From an uncultured Planctomycetaceae bacterium (GTDB taxonomy: Bacteria > Planctomycetota > Planctomycetia > Isosphaerales > Isosphaeraceae), in NCBI GenBank assembly GCA_963833985.1, contig CAWIAD010000002.1, forward strand, positions 5,184,001 to 5,248,000: a DNA stretch of 64,000 bases. The letters are read 5' to 3'. The notes beneath the pieces are model-generated. The model did not search any database and had not been told where the DNA came from. It saw only the letters and a list, made by a program, of their open reading frames with translations. Position numbers and translations under genes: made by a program. How positions within the stretch are numbered: the first letter of the stretch is position 1; each line of letters opens with the position of its first letter. Positions 1-9,319 of the stretch are shown here, in pieces.

Positions 1-40
1 CACGAATTCACATCTGCGGACGGTCAAAAAGGTCCGTTTT

Positions 41-3000
41 TCAAGAGCAGCCCATGCTGTTGCCGCAGTTGAAGCAGCGGTAGCAGGTGCCGCAGCGGAC
101 GGTGAGAGCGCCGCAGTTGTCGCAGGCGGGCGCGTCGCTCTGGAAGTGGGCGAACTGGCGGTCCTGCTCGCTCAGGCCGTCGCTGAGCTGGGCTTCTTCC
201 ACGTCCACGACAGACTGCGGTGCGGCCTGCTGAAGGGCCTTGGCACCCATCACGGCCTCGGCATGCTCGAGATCGGCGATCGTGGCCGAGCGCAGGCCGT
301 TGACCTTGAGCACAGGCGCGGCAAGTGGGGCCGGTTCGGCTTCGTCGGGGCCTGGGCGGCGGGGCGCGTTCGCCTCGCGGTAGCCGGGAATGAACTCCAT
401 GCCCATCCAGCGGAAGATGTAATCGGCAATGCTCTTGGCGATCGGGATATCGGGGTTCTTGGTGAACCCGGCGGGCTCGAAGCGGCTGTGGGCGAACTTG
501 TTGACGAAGACCTCCAGCGGCACGCCGTACTGCAAACCGATCGAGATGGCCGTCCCCAGCACGTCCATCAGGCCGCCGATGGTCGAGCCTTCCTTGGCCA
601 TGGTGATGAACAGTTCGCCGGGGCGGCCGTCGGGGTAGAAGCCGACGTTGATGTAGCCCTCGTGGCCCTGGATGTCGAACTTGTGGGTGACACTCCGGCG
701 GGTGTGGGGCAGGCGCTCGCGGCGCGGCTGGTAGATGATCTGCGGAGCCGGCGCAGGAGCCGGCGCTTCGGCGGGGGCGGGCGCCGGCGCGGATGCCGCG
801 ACGTCCTTCGCCTTCTGCCTCTCCTTCGACTCGTCCTTGGTGGAAACCGGCTGGCTTCCCTTCGAGCCGTCGCGGTAGATGGCCAGCGCCTTGAGGCCCA
901 GCCTCCAGCCTTCCAGGTAGGCGCCGCGGATGTCCTCGACCGTGGCGTCGTTGGGCACGTTGCAGGTCTTGGAGATCGCACCGGAGAGGAACGGCTGCAC
1001 GGCGGCCATCATCTTCAGGTGGCCGCGGAAGTGGATGCTGCGGCCGCCTTGCGGCGGTGCGAAGGCGCAGTCGAAGACCGGCAGATGCTCCTCGCCAAGC
1101 CCCGGCGCCTGCTCGATGGTGTCGTGCTCGTCGATATGCTGGAGGATGCCGCGGATCACCGGCTCGTCGTAGCCCAGCTTCTGCAAGGCCATGGGGACGG
1201 TCCGGTTGACAATCTTGAGCATGCCCCCGCCGGCCAGTTGCTTGTACTTGACCAGCGCGATGTCGGGTTCGATGCCGGTGGTGTCGCAGTCCATCATGAA
1301 GGCGATCGTGCCGGTGGGGGCCAGCACCGTGACCTGGCTGTTGCGATAGCCGTGCTTGCGGCCGTGGTCCAGGCACTCGCCCCAGACCGCGCTGGCCGCG
1401 GCCCGCAGCTCAGCGGGCGCACGGTCGTCGATTGCCAGGGCCGCGGCACGGTGCATCTCCATGACCTTGAGCATCGGCTCGCGGTTCAGGCCAAAGCCCT
1501 CAAAGGGGCCAAGATGCGCGGCGTGCTCGGCGCTCGTGAGATAGCACTGGCCGTGCATGATCGCCGTGATCGACGCGGCCAGCGACCGGCCGGCGTCCGA
1601 ATCATAGGGCAAACCGCAAGCCATGAGCAGGCTGCCCAGGTTGGCATAACCCAGCCCCAGAGGCCGGAAGCGATGGCTGTTCTGAGCGATCTTCTCCGTG
1701 GGATAGCTGGCGTGATCGACGAGGATCTCCTGAGCGGTGATGAAGATGCGCACAGCCGCCCGGAACAACCCGACGTCGAAGCTGCCATCCTCGCGGTAGA
1801 ACTTCATCAGGTTCAGCGACGAGAGGTTGCAGGCCGAATCGTCGATGAACATGTACTCGCTGCACGGGTTCGACGAGTTGATGGGCGCGGTATTGGGGCA
1901 GGTATGCCAGCGCTGGATCGTGTCTTCGTATTGCATGCCCGGGTCGCCGCACAGCCAGGTGCCCTCGGCAATTCTGTCCAGCAGTATCCCGGCCCTGTGC
2001 GCCTGCATGGGACGGCCCGTGGTCACCGCCCGCGTGGTCCAGTCCTGGTCGTTCTCGGCGGCCTTCAAGAACGCGTCGCTGCACCGGACCGAGAGATTGG
2101 CGTTCTGGAACATCACCGAGCTGTAGGCGTCACCGTTGAAGTTCGCCTCGTAGCCCTCGCGGATCAGCGCCTGGGCCTTGGCTTCCTCCTTGGTCTTGCA
2201 CTCGATGAACTCGAGGATATCGGGATGCCAGCACTTGAGAGTCTGCATCTTCGCGGCGCGGCGCGTCTTGCCGCCCGACTTGACCACGCTGGCGATCGCG
2301 TCGTAGACCCGCATGAAGCTGACCGGACCGGAAGGCTTGCCGCCGCCGGAGAGTTTCTCGCGGCTGGAACGCAGGGTCGAGAGGTCCGTTCCGGTCCCCG
2401 AGCCGAACTTGAAGAGCATGGCCTCGCTGTGGGCCAGCCGCATGATGCTCTCCATGTCGTCGCTGACGCTCTGGATGAAACAGGCCGACGCCTGGGGCGT
2501 CTGGTAGGCGCTGGTGGCGCGGACCACCGTGCGCGTCTCCTCGTCCCACCTCCAGTTGTTGGCGGGACCGGCAAGGCCGTAACAGTGGAAGAGCCCGACG
2601 TTGAACCAGACCGGCGAGTTGAACGAGCCGTACTGGTTCACGCACAGCGAGGTCAGCTCGTCGTAGAAACGCTCGGCGTCCTCGGGGGTGGCGAAGTAGC
2701 CGTCGTCCCGTCCCCAGTCGGCGATGGTCCGGGTCACACGGTGAATGAGCTGGCGCACCGAGTACTCGCGCTTCCCCTCCGACGGAGAGCCGTTGCCGCT
2801 GGCCACGTCGCCATAGAAGTACTTGCTGGCCACCACGTTGGTGGCAAGCTGGCTCCAGTTCCGGGGAATCTCGCAATCGGCCTGCTGGAAGAGGGCCCGC
2901 CCGCGCTCGTCCTTGATCTCGGCGGTCCGCAAGTCCCACTCGATCCGGTCAAACGGGCTCGTCCCCTCGGTGCTGAAGACCCGGGGGACCCCCATCCCCG

Positions 3001-3094
3001 CTCGTTTCCGGCCCCGTTCCCGGGCGCCCTCCGCCTCCGCTCCCGCTTGCCCCGCGGCGGTCACCGATCCTGCCCGTTCGCCTACTGCTGCCAT
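41..3094 (-). CDS. nrdJ: Vitamin B12-dependent (class II) ribonucleotide reductase with C-terminal TSCPD-type domain and Zn ribbon
   Basis: 1017-aa ORF with motifs FNSPVWFN, QASACFI, SNPCSE (thiyl Cys), LGLGYANLG and APTGTI, plus a C-terminal CDNC..C..CFNC; no intein seen. Confidence 0.96.
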   Translation of the reverse strand: MAAVGERAGSVTAAGQAGAEAEGARERGRKRAGMGVPRVFSTEGTSPFDRIEWDLRTAEIKDERGRALFQQADCEIPRNWSQLATNVVASKYFYGDVASGNGSPSEGKREYSVRQLIHRVTRTIADWGRDDGYFATPEDAERFYDELTSLCVNQYGSFNSPVWFNVGLFHCYGLAGPANNWRWDEETRTVVRATSAYQTPQASACFIQSVSDDMESIMRLAHSEAMLFKFGSGTGTDLSTLRSSREKLSGGGKPSGPVSFMRVYDAIASVVKSGGKTRRAAKMQTLKCWHPDILEFIECKTKEEAKAQALIREGYEANFNGDAYSSVMFQNANLSVRCSDAFLKAAENDQDWTTRAVTTGRPMQAHRAGILLDRIAEGTWLCGDPGMQYEDTIQRWHTCPNTAPINSSNPCSEYMFIDDSACNLSSLNLMKFYREDGSFDVGLFRAAVRIFITAQEILVDHASYPTEKIAQNSHRFRPLGLGYANLGSLLMACGLPYDSDAGRSLAASITAIMHGQCYLTSAEHAAHLGPFEGFGLNREPMLKVMEMHRAAALAIDDRAPAELRAAASAVWGECLDHGRKHGYRNSQVTVLAPTGTIAFMMDCDTTGIEPDIALVKYKQLAGGGMLKIVNRTVPMALQKLGYDEPVIRGILQHIDEHDTIEQAPGLGEEHLPVFDCAFAPPQGGRSIHFRGHLKMMAAVQPFLSGAISKTCNVPNDATVEDIRGAYLEGWRLGLKALAIYRDGSKGSQPVSTKDESKERQKAKDVAASAPAPAPAEAPAPAPAPQIIYQPRRERLPHTRRSVTHKFDIQGHEGYINVGFYPDGRPGELFITMAKEGSTIGGLMDVLGTAISIGLQYGVPLEVFVNKFAHSRFEPAGFTKNPDIPIAKSIADYIFRWMGMEFIPGYREANAPRRPGPDEAEPAPLAAPVLKVNGLRSATIADLEHAEAVMGAKALQQAAPQSVVDVEEAQLSDGLSEQDRQFAHFQSDAPACDNCGALTVRCGTCYRCFNCGNSMGCS

Positions 3095-3358
3095 GTGCTC
3101 GACTCCATCTGAGACGACGACCTGGACCGATCCTCAAAAAAGATCGGTGCCCAGCGTAGCCACTTTATGTCCAAAAGTCCAGAGGTGCATCTTCGTCTAG
3201 CTAAGAATCGGCAGTTCGCGCCGGCTCCATGAGATCCAGCAGTCCGGCACTCGCTCGCAGAGTATCCATCAAAGAGCAGGGTTTCCGGAAGTCCTCATCG
3301 CATTCCCTTGCTGCACGACTGCACTTAGCAAACGCAATGCCGCGCCCAAACTGATGCC

Positions 3359-3390
3359 GCTCAATACTTAGAGACACCCCCAAGTAGTGT
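3359..3390. promoter_or_regulatory. Possible tandem degenerate NrdR boxes upstream of nrdJ
   Basis: GCTCAATACTTAGAGA (10/16) and CACCCCCAAGTAGTGT (8/16) compared with the ACACWATATATWGTGT consensus; AT-rich patch about 270 bp upstream of nrdJ. Confidence 0.3.
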
Positions 3391-3611
3391 ACGGCATAGC
3401 GGCCGCCGTGATCGCGCAGATCGACCATTGACCCGGTCCGGCCGGCGCTACACCGCCCCGATCAACGGGCTCCTCGAGTGGCTCGCCGCGACTTCATCAT
3501 GGTAAGCATTGGCCACCTGAATGGAAGAAAAAAACGTCTTATCCGCCAAAAATGACGAGTTTGGCCAATGCTCTGTTTGATGGGACAGGGCCCAGTCCTG
3601 GGAAAGTGCGG

Positions 3612-3932
3612 TCAGCGCGACGCTGCCACGCTGGTGATCCGCACGGTCGTGTAAGATTGCCGGTGGCCCCGGCGGCGCCGTACGTTCTTGCGGCGACGGA
3701 ACTTTTGAATGATGATCTTCTTCGTACGGAACTGGTCCACGACGACGGCGCGAACTTCGGCGCCCTCGATCACAGGAGTACCGATGGTCGGACCGGCCGG
3801 GGCTCCGGCGATCAGCAGGACTTTGGGAAAGACGACTTCGTCCCCTGCCTTCCCATCGCGCCGGTCGACCCGTACATGGTCCCCTTCGCTGACCCGAAAC
3901 TGATGGCTGCCGTCTTCAAAAATTGCATACAT
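3612..3932 (-). CDS. rplU: 50S ribosomal protein L21
   Basis: MYAIFEDGSHQFRVSEGD...KKIIIQKFRRRKNVRRRRGHRQSYTTVRI, typical bL21. Confidence 0.96.
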   Translation of the reverse strand: MYAIFEDGSHQFRVSEGDHVRVDRRDGKAGDEVVFPKVLLIAGAPAGPTIGTPVIEGAEVRAVVVDQFRTKKIIIQKFRRRKNVRRRRGHRQSYTTVRITSVAASR

Positions 3933-4305
3933 TCCGAGCGCTCCTTGCGAGGACTCAAACTCACTCGATCAGGACGTCGCCGCCGTCCCGAGTTCCATAA
4001 TGCCTCGCGACCCGTACGAGTTCACCGGGCAGGTCCACTGGCCTTCCACGTGTGATGGGTAAAGTTCGGATTGTACTGGCCCGCACCCGAAAATAAAAGA
4101 GCCCTGCGGTCCGTACGCAACAGCTCGCCGGCCTTCGGACGGCGCCGCACCTGGAAACGGAACTCCTGTTCCTGAAGCCTTTTAGTTCGACAGGCCCGAA
4201 CCTCTCGTTGTACTTGACAGGGTTCCCGCTCCGGAGTATGAAACCCTTGAGCCAGCCGATGTTGCGGCATGCCGTCGAGTCTTCGCGGCAGCCGAGCATG
4301 AGGAA

Positions 4306-5056
4306 ATGCCGTTGGTCGTCTTTGAAATGCTCGTCAAGGTCGCCTGCCTGCCAGCTCTCTGCGTGATCGGCGATCACGGCGGCCCGCCCGCGGCACGCGA
4401 TCCCCAGGCGCGGGCAGCCGGCCCGGTCCGGCAGGCCACGCCCGCACCCGCGCCGGCCGCCCATTCCCAGGCGGAAGCCACGAGGCAAAGAGTCGATGAT
4501 CCCGCAACGCAGGCCAGTTCCGCCGAGCTTCGGCGACTCGACAGCATGCACCAGATGGTCATTTCCAGCCAACCGGTCGCGGAATGGCGGTTCGAGACCA
4601 TCCGACTGGGCTATCAGAGGCTGCTCAAGCAGGCCGGGAGCGACCTCGAGCTGGAAGAAGCCCTGCGCACCCGGCTGAACCGGCTCACCCAGCACGAGCA
4701 GGCAGCCAGGGCAGCGCGGAGCATCGAATCGATCCTGGCCGAAAGCCATCGCAGGGACCACGACGTGGCCGCCATCCGCAGGAAGCTTGCACAGGTGGAG
4801 CGGAGCCGGGCTGCGCAGTTATGACGCGGTCGGATTTGTCCAGCCCTCGGCCCGGCAGGTGGATGGCCACAGGGTGTACGCCCTGATCGGCCGGCAGGGC
4901 TCGACGATCGCTTACCTCGACATCCCTCCCGGGCTTGACCCCCAGCCGTTCCTGGCACGCCGCATCGGCGTGCGCGGCCAGGCCCACTACAGCGAGGATC
5001 TCGGCACCCGGCTCATCTCCGTTCGCGACATGGAGAACCTCGAGGCCCGGAAGTAA
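4306..5056 (+). CDS. Planctomycete hypothetical exported protein, apparently split by a frameshift near 4810
   Basis: ORFs 4306-4824 and 4787-5056 join at ...GCCGGGCTGCGCAGTTATGAC (RSYDAVGFV..VYALIGRQG..YLDIPPG); hydrophobic N-terminus and coiled-coil middle. Confidence 0.6.
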
Positions 5057-5103
5057 CAACACTCGCTGATTCCGAGCAGGTGAACACTGGCCTGCCGGAC
5101 GCG

Positions 5104-6630
5104 TCAGCGATTCACTCGGCTGATCAGGTCGAGCACGGCCCTGGAAACTCCTGGCCCGGGCGGGAAGTGGCCCTCGCCTTCCCGGATGATGACCGTGATC
5201 GGGCCGCCAAGCTCATGGTATCGCTGCTCCACGACGCGTGTCTGGCTCTCCAGCCATGGGTCGAGGCTGCCGCAGAGGTGGATGAGCGGCACGCCGGCCC
5301 TTGCCAGGACGTCCAGATGATCGAGCAGCGGACCTTTGGTCATGAGGCTGCGCAGGGCGGGGTTCTCGGCGTAGATGCACGCGACCTGTGCGGGATGCGC
5401 AATGGCCCAGGCGTATGCCTCTCCGGCGCCCGTGCCGGTGCCTTCCAGCACGGGCTTCCTGGAAAAGCCGCGGTCGGTGAAGAAGCGGTAGACAGCATCC
5501 CACTGTTCCCGGACCGGTCCGGACTGGGCGGTGACGGGGGCCGCGACGATGTGGAACCCCCTGGCAAGCAGCTCCAGGTCAAGAGCCTCCGCAGCGCGGC
5601 CGATCCGATTGGCCCGGAACACCCAGGGCTTACCCGGCGCGACCGCCGCGGGCACGATCACCGTCATGCCTGTCACTCCCCAGGGGCTCTTCGTCGTGGC
5701 GTCGTATCGGTCGTAGCACGCCACGAACCCCGGCCCGCGGCAGACCGCATAGGTATTCTCTTCCTCGAGCTTACTGTACGTGCTGGCGAAGCTGTAATGA
5801 GACGACCGAGCAAACGAGTCGTCGGCGAAATCAGGGCGAGGTGCGGGCGATCGGCTGTTCTGCTCGATCCAGTCGGCGATGCGTTTGGGGTTGCGCAGGC
5901 TGTGCGGATGGTGCGCCGCGCCTTCCTTGATCAGCACCGTGATCCGCCCGCCCAGTTCGTGGTAGCGACTCTCGATGGCCAGCGTATGGCGCTCCAGCAG
6001 GAAGTCGAGGCTGCCGCAGATATTCAGAAGAGGGATGTCGCGCCGGGCCAGCTCGTCAAGGCTGGCGAAGGCGGCCGGCCGGATCGCGGGGTTGTCGGCG
6101 TAGATGCAGGATACCTTGTCGGGGTGCGCCGCGGTCCAGTCGTACTCGTTGACCCCTCCCTTGCTCATGCCGATGAACGCGGGCTTGCCGGCGAGCCCGT
6201 GCTTCCCGGTCAGGTACGCGTACCAGGCATCCCAGGTTTTGTCCGGATCCGGAGTGATGAAGACCACGTGAAAACCCCGGCGGAGCAATTCCAGCTCGGC
6301 CTGGGGCTCGTGGTCCCAGTAACAGCCGCGCCAGGTCCAGGGGCTGCCCGGCGCGACCGTGCGAGGAGCCACCACGATGCAGCGCCGCTTGCCTGGAGGC
6401 GGAGGCTTGACTCCGAAGCGTTCGTCCGTAGCCCTCTGGAACGGCTCGACGGACAGGGATTGCTCGTCCATCACGAAGTCGTAGCGGTCAAATTCGCCAT
6501 GCCAGTCGGTGTGCTGCCCCGTGAACGGGGTGTACTCCGCGCTCCTGGTGGCGGGTAGCACCCCGAGCAGCGTCGCCAGCAGAATGGCAGACGGCCCCCG
6601 GCGCAGTCGGATCAACCATTGCAGGTTCAT
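5104..6630 (-). CDS. Secreted tandem alpha/beta-hydrolase (esterase-like)
   Basis: Signal peptide; two homologous halves (PWTWR/PWVFR, ELLRRGFHVV/ELLARGFHIV, SCIYADNP/ACIYAENP); GMSKGG nucleophile motif in domain 1. Confidence 0.8.
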   Translation of the reverse strand: MNLQWLIRLRRGPSAILLATLLGVLPATRSAEYTPFTGQHTDWHGEFDRYDFVMDEQSLSVEPFQRATDERFGVKPPPPGKRRCIVVAPRTVAPGSPWTWRGCYWDHEPQAELELLRRGFHVVFITPDPDKTWDAWYAYLTGKHGLAGKPAFIGMSKGGVNEYDWTAAHPDKVSCIYADNPAIRPAAFASLDELARRDIPLLNICGSLDFLLERHTLAIESRYHELGGRITVLIKEGAAHHPHSLRNPKRIADWIEQNSRSPAPRPDFADDSFARSSHYSFASTYSKLEEENTYAVCRGPGFVACYDRYDATTKSPWGVTGMTVIVPAAVAPGKPWVFRANRIGRAAEALDLELLARGFHIVAAPVTAQSGPVREQWDAVYRFFTDRGFSRKPVLEGTGTGAGEAYAWAIAHPAQVACIYAENPALRSLMTKGPLLDHLDVLARAGVPLIHLCGSLDPWLESQTRVVEQRYHELGGPITVIIREGEGHFPPGPGVSRAVLDLISRVNR

Positions 6631-6645
6631 GGCGTGCTGTTCCCG

Positions 6646-7995
6646 TCAGTGCTGGGGAAAAGGGATCGTCTCGGGTATGCTCCGCGACAGCGGAGCATCG
6701 CCGCGGATCATCCGGGTCGCCGCGCCCGTCAACCTGAGGTACCAGTCGCCGGGCTTCCCCTCATAGGTCAGGAAGTATTTTCCCACGGGGACCTTGTCGG
6801 CCACCTTGTAGATGGCCGTTCCCTCGTCGACCTCGTCGAACATGCCCACGAAGACGGTGCGGATTCCCAGCTCCCGGAAGATCGCGATCTGGCGCCAGAA
6901 GAAGGCGCCTCCGCGGCGATCGATCTTTGTGCGGCCCGGCGCGGTCCTGCGCAGGTTGTCCCAGGAGAAACCCGGGAAGGCCGTTGGCATGTAGCCCTTG
7001 CCGGCGGGGCTCAGCGCGGCGAGGTCGCCTTCCCAGACGGCCTTGCGAATGTGGTCCATGGACGCGTCGTCGCGATAGCGGCCGGGATCCCACGGGCTGA
7101 TCGCGTCGAAGGAACGATAGACCGGGAGCCAGGCGGGGTCGGGCCGGGATTCGCCGCGGAGCGTGCGCCAGAAGGGATCGACGCCGCCGATCAGGTAAAC
7201 GCCCCCGTACCTGGGATCGTCCTTGAAGAAGGCGACCAGCTCCGCTCCTTGCTCGGGCGACCACGGGCGGTCCTTGAAACCAAGGCCCCAGAGCAGGACC
7301 ACCGGCTTGCCCTGGTGGTGCAGGTAGCGAGAATCGTCGCGCACCTTGACCTGGTCGCAGAGGAACTTCCAGTCGTCCATGACCATCCTGGTCGTGGCGC
7401 GGCGTCCCATCGACAGGTCGAGCATCATCGCCCAGACGCGGCCCTCGCGGTGGCAGCCCTCGCGGAGACTGGCCAGGACCCGGTTCACGTGGCGCGACCG
7501 CGCCGGGCTGGCCGCCTCGCCGATGAACCGGCTCACGAAGACGCCGTCGATGCCGTACTGCCGCATCCATCGGGTGTGCAGCAGGACCGGTCCCTTCCTG
7601 TTGGCACTGTAGAGCCGTGCGGCTGCGCCGTCGGGGAGCTTCAGCCCGGGAACCGCGCACAGGTCGTCGGATGCGTACTCGGAAACGTCCGGCCAGAGAT
7701 CGACGGTGAAGCGGCCCGCACCGGGCCGTTCAAGTCCCTGGCCCCAGTGCGTGAAGCCGAAGCCCGCGCCGTCGCAGGGGGTGTTGAACCACCCCTGGTA
7801 CCCGCAGAGAACCTTGCCGTCGAGCGTCGTGGCGTCGACGTCGGAGCGGGTCGGACCGGCGTAGGGATGCAGCCAGGGCTCGTCGTCCGGAGTATCGGCC
7901 GCGGGGGTGCGCCCTGAAAGCCATGCCAGCAAGGTAACAGCCAGGACAGCTCGTCGCCAGCGGCGTTGCGTTGGTGGATGGCCTGGTAACTTCAT
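6646..7995 (-). CDS. Secreted glycoside hydrolase, GH71/GH99-like (xylosidase/arabinosidase-type)
   Basis: KVLCGYQGWF, WPDVSEY, WMRQYGIDGVF, PGFSWDNL, VGMFDEVDEGTAI motifs; likely start MKLPGHP at 7995 followed by a signal peptide. Confidence 0.8.
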   Translation of the reverse strand: MKLPGHPPTQRRWRRAVLAVTLLAWLSGRTPAADTPDDEPWLHPYAGPTRSDVDATTLDGKVLCGYQGWFNTPCDGAGFGFTHWGQGLERPGAGRFTVDLWPDVSEYASDDLCAVPGLKLPDGAAARLYSANRKGPVLLHTRWMRQYGIDGVFVSRFIGEAASPARSRHVNRVLASLREGCHREGRVWAMMLDLSMGRRATTRMVMDDWKFLCDQVKVRDDSRYLHHQGKPVVLLWGLGFKDRPWSPEQGAELVAFFKDDPRYGGVYLIGGVDPFWRTLRGESRPDPAWLPVYRSFDAISPWDPGRYRDDASMDHIRKAVWEGDLAALSPAGKGYMPTAFPGFSWDNLRRTAPGRTKIDRRGGAFFWRQIAIFRELGIRTVFVGMFDEVDEGTAIYKVADKVPVGKYFLTYEGKPGDWYLRLTGAATRMIRGDAPLSRSIPETIPFPQH

Positions 7996-9273
7996 TGAAC
8001 GTGAGATCCTCTCGTTCCCCAGAGGTCCCGAATGGTCTCTTCGGTGTTGAAGCCCTGAGGGCAGGCGTCGCTGCGGGTGTTGGCCCAGTACCAGTGCGGG
8101 GCATCGGGCTTGCCGGGTGTCAGGACACGGCTGCCAGGCATTTGCAGGTGGCCGTCGAGATCCGTCTGTTTGAGCCACTTCCAGGCGTATCTGAGCCACA
8201 AGTTGCGCTCGGATTCGGGCTGAAGGGCAAACCAGGTGATCTCGTCCCATCCCCAGATGAACGGCGGCTTACCGGGCTTTCCCGGGTTGTGAGCGCCGAA
8301 GTTGTCGAATTCCACCAGGTATGGCAAATGCGAGCAGGACCAGCCGCTGGGCGTGACACCTCCACGGCTCTTGAGGTAGATTCCGTCGCTGTAGCCAACC
8401 TTGAGCTCTCCCTGAAACGGATGATCCGCGACCTCGGCGATGCGCATGGGGAAGGAGTGGAAATCGAAGAGCAGCTTGCCGTCTTCCACGTATCCTCCGG
8501 TGGGCGTGTGGGCATCGCAAAGCACGAAGTGTCTGCGGGCATGTTCGCGGGCGTACGCGCGCACCCGGCTCAGCATCTCGAGCCAGTGAACGTGGCCGGG
8601 ATCATGCTTGTCCATCAGGCCCACCTGGCCGAAGTGAATGGCCTCGATGCCGGCGTTGATGTAGCTGCGCGAGAAAGTCAAACCACATGCGCGTTTCGGG
8701 ACGGCTCATGTCCGGGACCGAGCCATGGCGCCCCCAGTGGTTCACGAAGCGGCCATCGGCGTAGAGCATGTCCTGGTACCGGAAGTGGCGGTCCTGAACG
8801 GGCAGCCCGAACGAGCGGAAGACTTCCTCGGGGACTGCGATCGATTCCACTCCCGGTGTGACGATCTCGAACTCGGCCGCCTGGAGGATGACCTCGGGGT
8901 CGGCCTCGTGGATCGCCCGGGCGTAGGGCTTCGCCGTTTTCAGGAAAACCGCGAGCTCCGGCTCACGGCCCCAGACCATGAGTGCCCGGCCCACGAACTT
9001 GGCCTTGCACGCCAGCAGGAGCCGCAGGTTGTCGTGGGGATCGACGCCCCGCTGGTTCCGCGGCCGGGTCAGGTCATCATGCAGAAGCTCCGTGAAGGAG
9101 ATCGATCGATCGAGATAGCTCTCGAGCACCGATCTCGGCATCGAGCCGTCGAACTGGAACGACTGGCCGAAGGCCGGCCCGCTCCAGCCCGTGAGTGCGG
9201 CCAGAAAACCGAAGACTCGCAGAGTGTCGCGAGCCGCCGTTCGCCCGATCGTCATGCCACTCGGTATCCGCAT
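7992..9273 (-). CDS. Secreted hypothetical glycan-active (TIM-barrel-like) protein, frameshift near 8672
   Basis: ORFs 8602-9273 and 7992-8681 join at VPDMSRPETRMWFDFL/RSYINAGIEAIHFGQV; signal peptide; stop overlaps the next start (operon). Confidence 0.65.
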
Positions 9274-9319
9274 CTGAGATCCTCAGCCTCCGTCCGTTTC
9301 CGTCATCTCCGGGGCCAGT

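Noticed and set aside
146..3112. 988-aa plus-strand ORF and other long antisense ORFs (e.g. 5080-6558, 13064-15043, 50034-51875)
   Set aside because: These are shadow frames of real genes, expected in high-GC DNA; they show no motifs
3095..3611. Cobalamin riboswitch upstream of nrdJ
   Set aside because: No B12-box recognised, and class II RNRs are not typically B12-repressed
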